IMG/VR virus record: IMGVR_UViG_3300035704_000001 | Location: 64,001 to 128,000 of that record | From: a virus | Direction: 5' to 3' (one strand) | DNA: 64,000 nt | Shown: in pieces, positions 19,740-29,256 of the stretch | Position numbering within the stretch: the first letter of the stretch is position 1 | How the letters are laid out: each line of letters opens with the position of its first letter | The notes under the pieces: model-generated | The model's input: only the letters and a program-made list of their open reading frames with translations | The model's database searches: none | Told to the model about the DNA's origin: nothing | Translations under genes and position numbers: made by a program

Positions 19740-19996
19740 GCCGGGCTGTCGAAGACGAGTCCAGGCCCTGCCCTTTCAGCACCGAGGCCGGGGAGTGCCC
19801 CGGCCGGCAGGAATCCGAGATCGAGGACGGGCTTGTGGAGTGGGTCTGCACCCACTGCCAGGGGACGAGCTACGGCCAGCGGGTGCAGCAGGCCGAAGGT
19901 GCCTGCCAGATCGGGGTGCCTGCATCGCAGCAGCAGGCCAGCGCCCCCAGTACGACGACATTCCTTGGAACGACGATCGGACGGAGGCCTCAATGA
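19736..19996 (+). CDS. zinc-ribbon hypothetical protein
   Basis: CP...CP...CTHC. Confidence 0.65.
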   Translation: MSRAVEDESRPCPFSTEAGECPGRQESEIEDGLVEWVCTHCQGTSYGQRVQQAEGACQIGVPASQQQASAPSTTTFLGTTIGRRPQ

Positions 19997-21171
19997 CCGA
20001 GCCCCTGCAGTGGGCGCTGAAGTACCGGCCCGACACCTTCGGAGCCTTCTCCGGGCAGCGGCCGAGCACGGCCGTGCTGTTCCGGATGGCGCAGCGCGGC
20101 ACCGTGCCGAACGCGGTCCTGCTGCACGGCGAGCGCGGCTGCGGCAAGACCTCCATGGCCCGGGTGCTGGCCAAGGCGCTGAACTGCCACGCTGCCCCGG
20201 GCAAGGCGGGCGAGTGGCCGTGCTGCGCGTGCCCGAGCTGCCTGGCCATCGCTGCGGGCGCCAGCCCGGACGTGACCGAGATCGACGCCGCCTCCCACGG
20301 CAACGTGGACTCGATACGCGAGCTGATCCTGAAATCCAGTTACGGCACCGCCGGGGAGTACCGGGTCTACATCATCGACGAGGCGCACGGCATCTCCGGG
20401 CCCGGCTTCGAGGAGTTCCTGAAGACGCTGGAAGAGCCGTCCTCCGCGCAGACGGTGTTCATCTTCTGCACCACGCGGCTGGACAAGATCCCCCAGACGG
20501 TCAGGGACCGGTGCCACCGGTTCCGGTTCGCCCCGCTGAGCCCGGACCTGATCCGCAAGCGGCTGGAGGAGATCTGCAGGGCGGAGAACTTCGATGCGGA
20601 GCCCGAGCTGCTGAGCGCCATCTCCGAGGCGGCGGACGGCGGGATGCGCGACGCCATCATGCAGCTCGACCAGCTGGCGTCGGTGGGCATCACCACCGCG
20701 GCGATGTGGCGTCAGCTCACCGGGCAGCGCGACTTCGCGCCGGAGCTGCTGGAGGCGGCCGCCTCCGCGGACTACCCGGCGCTGTTCGCGGTGCTCGACA
20801 GCGCGCTGGCCGGCGGTGACCCCGGCTACGTGGCCGGGCATCTCGTCCGCACCCTGACGGACGTGCTGGTGCTGACCGCGCCGGGCGGCAGGACCGGGCA
20901 TGCCGGCCAGGCCCTGGCGGCCCGGCAGGCCCTGGCCGAGCGGCTGGGCGCCACCCGGGCCACCGCGGCGCTGCAGGTGCTCTGGGAGCTGCAGGCCAAG
21001 GTCCGCACCGGTGACCCGAAGGCGGACCTGCTGCTGGCCGTCTCCCAGATCGCCCGCCGGATGAACCTCCAGATCGCGGCCGCGCGGACGATTGCGCCGG
21101 CTGATAGCCGGGCGGCCATCGCCGGGCTGCGCAATGTGCTGGGAGCGCCCGCGAATGGTGGACCTGACTGA
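19993..21171 (+). CDS. dnaX: DNA polymerase III gamma/tau clamp loader
   Basis: LKYRP.TF, GERGCGKTS, PCCACPSC, EIDAAS, IIDEAH, LKTLEEP, GGMRDA. Confidence 0.92.
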   Translation: MTEPLQWALKYRPDTFGAFSGQRPSTAVLFRMAQRGTVPNAVLLHGERGCGKTSMARVLAKALNCHAAPGKAGEWPCCACPSCLAIAAGASPDVTEIDAASHGNVDSIRELILKSSYGTAGEYRVYIIDEAHGISGPGFEEFLKTLEEPSSAQTVFIFCTTRLDKIPQTVRDRCHRFRFAPLSPDLIRKRLEEICRAENFDAEPELLSAISEAADGGMRDAIMQLDQLASVGITTAAMWRQLTGQRDFAPELLEAAASADYPALFAVLDSALAGGDPGYVAGHLVRTLTDVLVLTAPGGRTGHAGQALAARQALAERLGATRATAALQVLWELQAKVRTGDPKADLLLAVSQIARRMNLQIAAARTIAPADSRAAIAGLRNVLGAPANGGPD

Positions 21172-21394
21172 CCGGCATCCTGCTACCCGGCAGGCCATGC
21201 TGCGGCTGACCCCGAACCCGAACCTGACCGGGCCTGCCGGGATCGTGGCCCAGACGCTGTGGGAGGCCGGCAAGGACATGGCGTCCGTCCTGAAGGACGG
21301 CCCTGAGCTGACCGACGGCCTGCGCAAGCTGTGGGAGGCCAAGAACTGCCTGGTGTTCCAGGCGCTGCTGGACACTGGCCAGGTCCATGACTGA
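21155..21394 (+). CDS. small helical protein, candidate Acb2/Tad1-like sponge
   Basis: RHPAT...DGPELTDGLRKLWEAKNCLV helical-hairpin pattern. Confidence 0.55.
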   Translation: MVDLTDRHPATRQAMLRLTPNPNLTGPAGIVAQTLWEAGKDMASVLKDGPELTDGLRKLWEAKNCLVFQALLDTGQVHD

Positions 21395-22061
21395 GCCGGC
21401 TATCTCGCTGGTGTTCACCTCGCGCGGCCGCCCGCACGACCTCCAGGAGACGCTGGCCGGACTGAATGCCCTGGCTGATGAGCCGACCCGGGTAGAGGCC
21501 ATCGTCGCGGTGGACCCGGACGACACGGAGACGCTGGCCATCGACCGGCAGCTGCCCCGGTCGATGGCCCAGGCCCGGCTGTGGATCGCGCCGGAGCGGT
21601 ACGGCTACCGGAACCTGCACCTGTACCTCAACCAGCTGGCGAAGCGGGCTCGCGGGGACTGGCTGATGTGGTGGAACGACGACATGCGGATGCAGACCCA
21701 GGGCTGGGACACCGTGATCCGCAGCTACCGGCAGGGCGTGCTGTGGCCGGCCGCCAACCACGTCCAGCACGCCAACATCGTGCCGATCTGGCCGCGAGCC
21801 TGGTCCGACGCGGCCGGCATGGTCTGCCCGACGATGCACATGGACACCTGGCTGCAGTACGCCGGGGAGGCCCTGGGCCGGCATTTCCAGATCCCCGTCG
21901 AGGTGGTCCACCACCGGGCCGACGTCACCGGCGAGCACGACGACGCCACTTACCGCGAGGGCCGGTACCTGATGGGCTCCGAGGGCATGCACCCGGACTT
22001 CCAGCAGGCGCTCGGGCAGCTGCCCGGCTGGATCGAGGCCGTCCGCCGGGTGATGGTGTGA
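21387..22061 (+). CDS. glycosyltransferase (GT2-like)
   Basis: ISLVFTSRGRP, VDPDD, WNDD. Confidence 0.8.
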   Translation: MTEPAISLVFTSRGRPHDLQETLAGLNALADEPTRVEAIVAVDPDDTETLAIDRQLPRSMAQARLWIAPERYGYRNLHLYLNQLAKRARGDWLMWWNDDMRMQTQGWDTVIRSYRQGVLWPAANHVQHANIVPIWPRAWSDAAGMVCPTMHMDTWLQYAGEALGRHFQIPVEVVHHRADVTGEHDDATYREGRYLMGSEGMHPDFQQALGQLPGWIEAVRRVMV

Positions 22062-22642
22062 GGACTCGCCTGCGCGAGGCGCATAGCCCGGAAGAACTAG
22101 CCCGGCTGTACGCCGTCCCGCACCGGCACGACCGTTGGCCGGATCACCGCCTCCGGGTAGCCGAGACCATCACGGCGGGCTGGGAGCTGGGCGTGCCGTC
22201 TGTCCTGGCGGACCTGTCCTGCGGGGATGCGGTGATTCCCCGGACCCTGGCTTTCGCCGCGATGCGCAAGCACGGGGCCAGCCGGGTCATCCTGGGCGAC
22301 ATTGCCCCGGGGTACGAGATGCACGGGCCGATCGAGACCACCTTGAGCCAGATCACGCACGTGGGCCTGTTCATCTGCGCCGAGACTGCCGAGCACCTGG
22401 ATGACCCGGATGCGGTGCTGGTCCGGATCAGGGACAAGGCCGACGCGCTGCTGCTGTCCACCCCGCTGGGGGAGACCGGCGGCCGCAACCCGGAGCACTA
22501 CTGGGGCTGGGACGAGACCGGGGTCCGGGAGATGCTGGAGGGCGCGGGCTGGCGCCCGGAGATCTACCGGGACGTGGCCTACCGGCCGGCCCGGGCCGAG
22601 CCCTGGCTTCCGGCGGACTACCAGATCTGGGGATGCCGGTGA
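22058..22642 (+). CDS. class I SAM-dependent methyltransferase-like protein
   Basis: LADLSCGDA, ETAEHLDDP, LLLSTP, NPEHYW. Confidence 0.75.
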   Translation: MRTRLREAHSPEELARLYAVPHRHDRWPDHRLRVAETITAGWELGVPSVLADLSCGDAVIPRTLAFAAMRKHGASRVILGDIAPGYEMHGPIETTLSQITHVGLFICAETAEHLDDPDAVLVRIRDKADALLLSTPLGETGGRNPEHYWGWDETGVREMLEGAGWRPEIYRDVAYRPARAEPWLPADYQIWGCR

Positions 22643-23553
22643 CCGGCCTGGCCCTGGTCACCGGGGCCGCCGGGTTCGTGGGCCGGCACTTCTCCCGGCA
22701 CCTGCGCGACGCCGGCTGGGAAGTCGTCGGGATCGACACCGAGCTGGCTCCGCACACCGCCCTCATCGACGCCCGGGACTTCTTCCGCGGCAAGGGCGGG
22801 CCCCGGGCGGCCGGGTACGACCTGGTGGTCCACTGCGCCGCGGTGGTCGGCGGCCGCCAGGTCATCGAGACGGACCCGCTGGCGCAGGCCGTCAACTTCG
22901 AGATCGACGCGGCCATGTTCCGGTGGGCCCGGATCTGCCGTCCGGGCCGGATCATCTACTTCTCCAGCTCGGCCGCGTACCCGGTGATCCTCCAGGACGG
23001 GTACCCGCCCATGTCGATGGGCGAGGACGAGATCAAGTTCGAGGGGCTGGCCGGCGTGCCGGACCAGCTGTACGGCTGGGCCAAGCTGACCGGCGAGTTC
23101 CTTGCCCGGCAGGCCATCGCGGACGGGCTGCCGGTCACCGTGGTGCGGCCGTTCTCCGGCTACGGCTCCGACCAGGACCCCAGCTACCCGTTCCCCGCGT
23201 TCGTCGATCGCGCGCTCAGGCGGGAGGACCCGTTCCTCATCTGGGGCGACGGCGGCCAGCAGCGGGACTTCATCCACATCGACGACATCGTGGGCGCGGT
23301 GATGGAGCTGTACCGGGGCGAGTGGCCGGGCCCGTACAACCTGGCCTCCGGCCGGGCGGTCTCGGTGCGGACGCTGGCCCGGATGATCTGCGACCAGGCC
23401 GGCTACGAGCCCGGGTTCGAGTGCGCGCCGGCGGCGCCGTCCGGGGTGCGGTACCGGGTGGCCAACGCCTGGAAGCTGCAGCAGGTCTACCGGTGCAAGG
23501 TCACCCTGGAGGAGGGCATCCGCCGGGCCCTGGAGGACCGCGCCCGGGCGTAG
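22633..23553 (+). CDS. NAD-dependent epimerase/dehydratase
   Basis: TGAAGFVG, SSSAAY, YGWAK, RPFSGYG, RDFIHIDD. Confidence 0.92.
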   Translation: MPVTGLALVTGAAGFVGRHFSRHLRDAGWEVVGIDTELAPHTALIDARDFFRGKGGPRAAGYDLVVHCAAVVGGRQVIETDPLAQAVNFEIDAAMFRWARICRPGRIIYFSSSAAYPVILQDGYPPMSMGEDEIKFEGLAGVPDQLYGWAKLTGEFLARQAIADGLPVTVVRPFSGYGSDQDPSYPFPAFVDRALRREDPFLIWGDGGQQRDFIHIDDIVGAVMELYRGEWPGPYNLASGRAVSVRTLARMICDQAGYEPGFECAPAAPSGVRYRVANAWKLQQVYRCKVTLEEGIRRALEDRARA

Positions 23554-23561
23554 TAACCAGT

Positions 23562-23906
23562 GTGACTATCGTCCGGATCTCCTGCGGGTGCCTGTTCTAC
23601 GGCGACGGGGCCCCGGACTGGCGGGACAGCCAGCAGCTGCGCTGGTGCCGGCAGCACGAGCTGGCGGACAGGCTCCGCGGGATGCGCGAGCTGGCTGCCC
23701 GCGGCATCAGCGTGGGCGAGTGGGCCCGGCACCCGACGATTACCCCGGCATGGCCGACTGGACCAAGTTCGACAACCTCTTCACCTGCCCTGCCGCTGTT
23801 ACCGACCAGGACCTGCGGACGGCGTACGAGGAGCTGTATACCGCGGCCAAGCGCGAGTGCGAGGGCCTGGACCTGTCCTCGGCCCAGATCATGCGCACGA
23901 GCGTGA
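23562..23906 (+). CDS. hypothetical protein (3' end uncertain; in-frame TTA at 23799)
   Basis: GTG 11 nt after the class A motif; overlaps the next gene by 157 nt. Confidence 0.45.
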   Translation: MTIVRISCGCLFYGDGAPDWRDSQQLRWCRQHELADRLRGMRELAARGISVGEWARHPTITPAWPTGPSSTTSSPALPLLPTRTCGRRTRSCIPRPSASARAWTCPRPRSCARA

Positions 23907-24187
23907 TGCTCGGCTGGTACTTCAAGCACCAGCAGACCTCGCGGGTGGCCTACGGCGACAAGGCCGGCTACCAGCACCCGGGCCAGGAGAAGGACGCGCT
24001 GCTGGCGTGGGAGTCGATCGCCCGGTCCTGGGACGAGGTGCGGCGCAAGGCGCAGCCGGCCATCGCGGGCGGGCTCACTCCCGAGACGGTGCGGGATATC
24101 TTCGTGCACGTGCTCGGCCAGGTCGATGACGCCGGCCTGCGGGCCCGGCTGCAGGACAGCTTCGTCGAGGCCCTGAGCGCGGCCTGA
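23750..24187 (+). CDS. hypothetical protein, candidate terminase small subunit
   Basis: ATG 13 nt after the class B motif; helical; first gene of the operon leading to TerL. Confidence 0.55.
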   Translation: MADWTKFDNLFTCPAAVTDQDLRTAYEELYTAAKRECEGLDLSSAQIMRTSVMLGWYFKHQQTSRVAYGDKAGYQHPGQEKDALLAWESIARSWDEVRRKAQPAIAGGLTPETVRDIFVHVLGQVDDAGLRARLQDSFVEALSAA

Positions 24188-25287
24188 TGGTCTCCGCGGT
24201 GGACCTGCTTCAGCAGGTCACGGAAGACGACGAGGCACACGCGCACCTGCACCGCGACTGCCCGTGGTTCCGGCACGTCCACGACGGCGGAGGCGGCGAG
24301 CCCGAGGGCCACTGCCGCCCCGGCGGCCGCGTCGAGTCCGGTGCGCTGGTCAAGTTCTCGGCTGACGGCGTGCTGTGGGAGATGACGCCGCGCACCCCGG
24401 AGGCCTCCACCGTGGTGCAGCCGACCGTCCCGCCGGGCGGGCCCGGGCTCTTCCACATGAAGGGCCGCCACCTCCCGCCCTACGTCGAGCACCTGTATAA
24501 GCACCTGGTCGGCCGGTACGGCAAGCACGGCGCCTACCGGGTGGCGGTCGGGGTGGTCAAGAAGTGGGCCGCGGGGGTCAATCCCGGCGGGTGGGATACC
24601 AAGAGCGGTAAGGGCAAGCGGACTCATCCCGACGTCCGGGCAGCCGCGCAGAAGAACGTGGCCGAGTGGGAGCAGGACAAGGCCGACGCGCACGAGCACC
24701 ACGGCGGCGAGCAGAAGGTGAAGGCGGCCGGCCCCGCCATGACCCCGGGCGCGCAGTCGCAGTACGGGCTGTGGCAGCACCCGGCGCAGTCGGTCAGCCC
24801 GAGCCCGCCGCTGCCGCCGCGCGCCGAGCCGCCCACGCCGGCCGAGATCCGGGTGCTGATGGGCCTGGTGCCGGGCGGGGCCGCGGACGCGAGCCTGAGC
24901 CGCACCGTGCGCAAGTTCCTGGAGACTGCCGCGGTGAAGATGGAGAAGGAATCCCCGCTCGACGCGCTGGCTTCGCTCCGCGGCGCTCAGGCGGCCGTGT
25001 ACGCCGCGCACAAGAAGGACGTCACCGAGGCCCCCCCGTTCCCCTGGAGTGCGCCAGCGCCCGCCCTGGTGCCGCCGGCGGCCCAGTCCTCGGCGACGTC
25101 TGACATGCTCCAGACGCGGACCAGGACGCTGGCCTACCGCAAGCTCGACCAGCAGGTGGCCGCGCTGGCCGACCGGCTCCGGCGCAATTACTTCAACCAG
25201 GTGCCGGGCAACGGGGTCTACGGCGGGCCGAATCAGCCGGCCAGGCTGTCCGCGGTCGAGAAGCTGGTCCGATTGTCCCAGGCGTAG
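24187..25287 (+). CDS. hypothetical protein
   Basis: TGATG coupling; high GC3. Confidence 0.75.
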   Translation: MVSAVDLLQQVTEDDEAHAHLHRDCPWFRHVHDGGGGEPEGHCRPGGRVESGALVKFSADGVLWEMTPRTPEASTVVQPTVPPGGPGLFHMKGRHLPPYVEHLYKHLVGRYGKHGAYRVAVGVVKKWAAGVNPGGWDTKSGKGKRTHPDVRAAAQKNVAEWEQDKADAHEHHGGEQKVKAAGPAMTPGAQSQYGLWQHPAQSVSPSPPLPPRAEPPTPAEIRVLMGLVPGGAADASLSRTVRKFLETAAVKMEKESPLDALASLRGAQAAVYAAHKKDVTEAPPFPWSAPAPALVPPAAQSSATSDMLQTRTRTLAYRKLDQQVAALADRLRRNYFNQVPGNGVYGGPNQPARLSAVEKLVRLSQA

Positions 25288-25305
25288 AGGACGCCTGGAG
25301 GTGCT

Positions 25306-25959
25306 GTGAGCGCGGTCGACAAGCTGCTGGCCCTGACCGGTAACGGGCCCGAGGTCCCGGACCCGGACACCGAGCTGCTGCGCGCCGCGCAGCAGCAGGC
25401 CCGGGAGCTGGAGGCGCTGGTCTGCCTGGCCTGGGACGACGATGACGACAAGGACGGCGGCGGAGGCGGGGATCATTCCGGGCATTCCACCTACAAGGCC
25501 CTGATCAAGAAGAAGATGGACCCGAAGCGGGCCGCGTCGATGTGCGCCCGGTCGGACAAGAACGTCAAGGCCTCCCAGCTGGCCCGCTCCCTCGTGCTCA
25601 TGCTGTCCGGCGAGCCCGGCCGGGACCTGGTGCTCACCCTGACCGCCGGGGAGCACGAGCGCCGCGCGGCCGCGCAGCACGAGGTGACCCAGGCTGAGGA
25701 GGCGGCCGCCCTGGCGGCCCAGCTGCCCGGGATCACCGTCTCTCCTGCCGGGCTGGAAGAGGTCGCTGAGCTGGCCGCCAAGGCGATGGGCGACGGCGGC
25801 ATCATCATGAACCACGGCCCGTTTACCGGCGAGCACGCGCACGGGCACTTCCAGTCGAACGTGCATGCCCATCCGCACAAGCACTTCGGCGATAACCGCC
25901 ATGACGGCGGACCTCAGCACCGGCCGGGCAGTCAGCCCGGCGGCCGGGCCGGCTGGTAG
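25306..25959 (+). CDS. hypothetical protein with His-rich C-terminus
   Basis: RBS GGAGG; HGPFTGEHAHGHFQSNVHAHPHKH. Confidence 0.7.
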   Translation: MSAVDKLLALTGNGPEVPDPDTELLRAAQQQARELEALVCLAWDDDDDKDGGGGGDHSGHSTYKALIKKKMDPKRAASMCARSDKNVKASQLARSLVLMLSGEPGRDLVLTLTAGEHERRAAAQHEVTQAEEAAALAAQLPGITVSPAGLEEVAELAAKAMGDGGIIMNHGPFTGEHAHGHFQSNVHAHPHKHFGDNRHDGGPQHRPGSQPGGRAGW

Positions 25960-25967
25960 GAGACACC

Positions 25968-26135
25968 ATGTTCGCTGTTGTCGGTCTCATCTGCGGCATT
26001 GTCGCCGCGATCCTGAACCTGACCAATCAGCATGTCGGGATCATCACCTGGCTGCTGATCATCGCCGCCATCTGCTTCGGCATCGAGCTGGTCTGGTCCT
26101 GGCACCGCGGCGGTTACTACCACCGCGCCCCGTGA
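25968..26135 (+). CDS. small two-TM membrane protein (55 aa), not in the ORF track
   Basis: RBS AGGAG; MFAVVGLICGIVAAIL...IITWLLIIAAICFGI. Confidence 0.7.
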   Translation: MFAVVGLICGIVAAILNLTNQHVGIITWLLIIAAICFGIELVWSWHRGGYYHRAP

Positions 26136-28087
26136 CCGGGGCAGGCGCCGCGGCCGCGCGGCTCCTGCTGGCAGGTGACTCGGCCGCCTCCTACGGCGAC
26201 CGCCAGTCCGGCTCGATCGCGTTCACCGAGGAGCCGGTGCCGCTGACGGTGTTCGTCCAGGACAAGGGCTACCTGGCCAACCCGCCGCTGTCCCCGGTGC
26301 AGTACGAGGCGGTGCTGCATGCCGAGCGGGTCTATTACCCGTCCGCCTACGAGGTGCTGGCGCAGTCCGCGGACCGCAAGATCCGCGAGTACTGGAAGCA
26401 GACCGTCCGGATGGTCAACTTCCTGGAGCTGGAGTGGGGCAAGGGCGGCGGCAAGGACCACACCTGCCGGATGATCGCCATGCGGGTCTGCTACCTGCTG
26501 CTGTGCCTGCGCAGCCCGCAGGACTACTACGGCATGCCCGCCCAGGACAGCATCCACTGCCTGAACGTGGCCAGTTCCTCCAAGCAGGCCCAGCGCGCGT
26601 TCTTCGCCCCGATGCGGCGCGCGGTGACCCGCCCCGGGAGCTGGTTCCAGCGCCGGTCGGGGGTGGACATCCTGGACTCGGCCGAGCGGCGCAGCGGGCC
26701 GGCCAAGACCACCGCCCTGCTGGACACCATCCGGTTCGAGCACAACATCGAGGCGGTCTCCGGGCACTCCGACGCGGACAGCCAGGAGGGGCTGAACCTC
26801 ATGCTCGGCATCGCGGATGAGGTGGACGCCTTCAAGAGCCGGGCCGAGCTGGCCAAGTCCACCGGCGCCAAGCAGCGCGAGTCATCCAGCTCGGCCGAGT
26901 CCATCCTGGAGATGCTGCGCACATCGGCGTCTACCCGGTTTCCCGAGGTGTATAAAAACGTCCACATCAGCTATCCCAGGTACCTCGGGTCAGTGATCCA
27001 GCAGCAGGTGGCGAGGGGTAAGGCTGATATCGCCGCCAAGGGCGACGCCTCGCACTACTACGTGTCCGGCCCGCTGTGCACCTGGGAGGCCAACCCGCGG
27101 GTGCCCGGCAAGCAGGCCTTCGCCGAGGACTACGAGCGGGACCCGGCCATGGCCGAGGCCAAGTACGAGTGCAAGCCCCGCCGGGCCATCAACCCCTACT
27201 TCAGCAACGAGCAGGCGCTGCGGGACTGCACGTACGAGGCCAGCCAGTATCCCGTCGAGGTGGACTACACCCGCGAGGGCGCCACCTGGAAGCCGGTCTA
27301 TGTCTTCAGCGGCGACTTCTTCCCGGTCAAGGGCGCGCTGTACGCGATGCACGCCGACCTGTCGGTGACCGGTGACCGGGCCGGCGTCACCCTGGCGCAC
27401 GTCAAGCGGTGGCAGGACCACACGGTGACCGCCACCGAGGAGGACGGCATCGAGGTGCAGCTGACCGAGCGGCGGCCGGTGGTCAAGATCGACTTCACCA
27501 TCAGCTACTCGGCCAGCGTGGGCGCGGTGCCGCCGCGGGAGATCCAGATTAGATGGGCCCGGATGCTGGCGCTGGAGCTGCGCCGGCTGGGCTTCCCCAT
27601 CATGCGGTTCACGTTCGACCAGTACCAGAGCAAGGATTCCATGCAGATCCTGGAGTCTCACGGCATCGAGACCGACCGGTTCTCCACCGACGTGAGCGAG
27701 GAAGGCTGGCGGACCCTGCGGGACGTGATGTACGAGGGCCGGCTGGAGATGCCGGCCCGCGAGCTGCTGATCAACGAGCTGCTGGGGCTCTCGCGGCTGC
27801 CGAACGGCAAGATCGATCATCTGGGCGACTCCTCCAAGGACGAGGCCGACAGCCTAGCCGGGGCGGTAGCCGGCGCGCTGGAACTCGGGGGAGCAGAGGA
27901 CCCGTCCGGCAAGCGCGCGTACTTCGGCACGCACAAGTTCTGGGAGCCGGACGGCATAGCCGAGGAGCTGAGCCCGCTCGGGATGCTGCCGGCCCCGGCT
28001 ATGCTCGGCCCCGGCGAGCCGCTGCCCGAGTACCGCGGCGGCATGGAGTACAGCGGCGAGCTGAACTACTGGGGGCCCGAGATATGA
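26132..28087 (+). CDS. terL: terminase large subunit
   Basis: Walker A variant GKGGGKD, IADEVD, ISYPR, nuclease HADLS...D, FDQYQS, KIDH...SKDEAD. Confidence 0.9.
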   Translation: MTGAGAAAARLLLAGDSAASYGDRQSGSIAFTEEPVPLTVFVQDKGYLANPPLSPVQYEAVLHAERVYYPSAYEVLAQSADRKIREYWKQTVRMVNFLELEWGKGGGKDHTCRMIAMRVCYLLLCLRSPQDYYGMPAQDSIHCLNVASSSKQAQRAFFAPMRRAVTRPGSWFQRRSGVDILDSAERRSGPAKTTALLDTIRFEHNIEAVSGHSDADSQEGLNLMLGIADEVDAFKSRAELAKSTGAKQRESSSSAESILEMLRTSASTRFPEVYKNVHISYPRYLGSVIQQQVARGKADIAAKGDASHYYVSGPLCTWEANPRVPGKQAFAEDYERDPAMAEAKYECKPRRAINPYFSNEQALRDCTYEASQYPVEVDYTREGATWKPVYVFSGDFFPVKGALYAMHADLSVTGDRAGVTLAHVKRWQDHTVTATEEDGIEVQLTERRPVVKIDFTISYSASVGAVPPREIQIRWARMLALELRRLGFPIMRFTFDQYQSKDSMQILESHGIETDRFSTDVSEEGWRTLRDVMYEGRLEMPARELLINELLGLSRLPNGKIDHLGDSSKDEADSLAGAVAGALELGGAEDPSGKRAYFGTHKFWEPDGIAEELSPLGMLPAPAMLGPGEPLPEYRGGMEYSGELNYWGPEI

Positions 28088-28341
28088 CGCAGATGCCGTT
28101 CGAGCGGCTGATGGAGTACGCCGCCAGCCTGACCGAAGAGGACCGGGACAAGGGCATGGGGGAGCTGGCCGCGCGGGTGGACGAGAAAGCCGCGCGGCTG
28201 GCTGATGCCGTCACCGCGGTCCGGGTCCTAGGCGGAGAACGGACCTACGTCGGCCTGGAGATCCGGGCTGACGAGGAACCGGTCGTGCGGAGGGCCCTGG
28301 CCCGGGACCGCGGGACGCCCATGAGCGGCTGCTCAGGCTGA
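28084..28341 (+). CDS. hypothetical protein
   Basis: ATGA overlap with terL. Confidence 0.65.
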   Translation: MTQMPFERLMEYAASLTEEDRDKGMGELAARVDEKAARLADAVTAVRVLGGERTYVGLEIRADEEPVVRRALARDRGTPMSGCSG

Positions 28342-28518
28342 GAGGACCGCCAGTTCCTCGGAAGTGTGCACCTCGTTGTAGTGCGCGGTCAGTACCGCTG
28401 ACGCGGCGCCTTTCCTGCGCTGGTGCACCATCGGGCGGCCGCATACCCTGCAGCGGACGACCGGCAGGTGCCTGGTGTGAACGGCATGGGTTTCGGGGCG
28501 TGTCTTCGTCTGTGCCAC
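28333..28518 (-). CDS. small zinc-finger-like protein
   Basis: CRVC...HYNEVH; start uncertain. Confidence 0.5.
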   Translation of the reverse strand: MAQTKTRPETHAVHTRHLPVVRCRVCGRPMVHQRRKGAASAVLTAHYNEVHTSEELAVLSA

Positions 28519-28581
28519 GTGGTCATCGAACCACGGGCAGTGACCGCTGACCAGGCCCAAGAGGAAAGTCCGGAATCCTAC

Positions 28582-28610
28582 TTGACACCGGTCAGGTGCC
28601 CGCGTAGAGT
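28582..28610 (+). promoter_or_regulatory. housekeeping-sigma promoter for the tRNA array
   Basis: TTGACA-N17-TAGAGT. Confidence 0.8.
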
Positions 28611-28671
28611 GAGACTCACGACGCCAAACCGGTTGTCCGATAAGACGGACAGCGGCAAGATGGAGGACATG

Positions 28672-28773
28672 ATGTTCAGGTCACTAGAGCAGCGATACGG
28701 GTTCAATCACCCGTGCATCACGCTGCCTGCGTGGACCGAAGACGCCATGGGCGCCGAGGCGGGACCTGGATAG
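28672..28773 (+). CDS. short leader peptide (33 aa)
   Basis: GGAGG RBS; followed by a GC hairpin. Confidence 0.45.
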   Translation: MFRSLEQRYGFNHPCITLPAWTEDAMGAEAGPG

Positions 28774-28792
28774 GGAACAAAAGCCCAGACAG

Positions 28793-28822
28793 GAGCCGCC
28801 ACCGGACACCGGGAGGCGGCTC
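28793..28822 (+). terminator. GC-rich hairpin, possible attenuator
   Basis: GAGCCGCC-accggacaccggga-GGCGGCTC. Confidence 0.45.
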
Positions 28823-28851
28823 TCAGCTTGTGAGGGACAACTGAATATCGA

Positions 28852-28924
28852 GGGAGCGTGGCACAGCGGCAACTGCAGTGGCCTCCAAAACCACCAACCG
28901 AGGGTTCGAGTCCTTCCGCTCCTG
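28852..28924 (+). tRNA. tRNA-Trp(CCA)
   Basis: Cloverleaf; anticodon loop CTCCAAA. Confidence 0.9.
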
Positions 28925-28970
28925 CGACCATCGTCAACGCGAGAGCCGCGACGGTGCCTGTCACCTGGCA

Positions 28971-28993
28971 GTACTTGAGAACTCCACAGCGTG
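28971..28993 (+). promoter_or_regulatory. rRNA-leader boxA-like element
   Basis: GTACTTGAGAACTCCACAGCGTG resembles the actinobacterial rrn leader TTGAGAACTCAA.AG.GTG. Confidence 0.65.
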
Positions 28994-29081
28994 AGCATCG
29001 AGCAGGCTAGCCAGCCTGCTCAGTTAGACGTGCTGGGCTGGCCGCAACCGGGACTCCCCGGGGAAGCCAGCCCAGCGCACT

Positions 29082-29154
29082 GGGGCTATAGCGCAGCTGG
29101 TAGCGCACCTCCATGGCATGGAGGGGGTCAGGAGTTCGAATCTCCTTAGCTCCA
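29082..29154 (+). tRNA. tRNA-Ala(GGC)
   Basis: Cloverleaf; G3.U70. Confidence 0.95.
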
Positions 29155-29256
29155 CTGGTGCTGCTGACATGTGTAGAGGGCCGTGACGGGTACCTCAGCG
29201 GCGGTTATGCCGAAGGCCGGGTGTCTCCGGCGGCAAATAGGCGGCGGCACCAGCCT

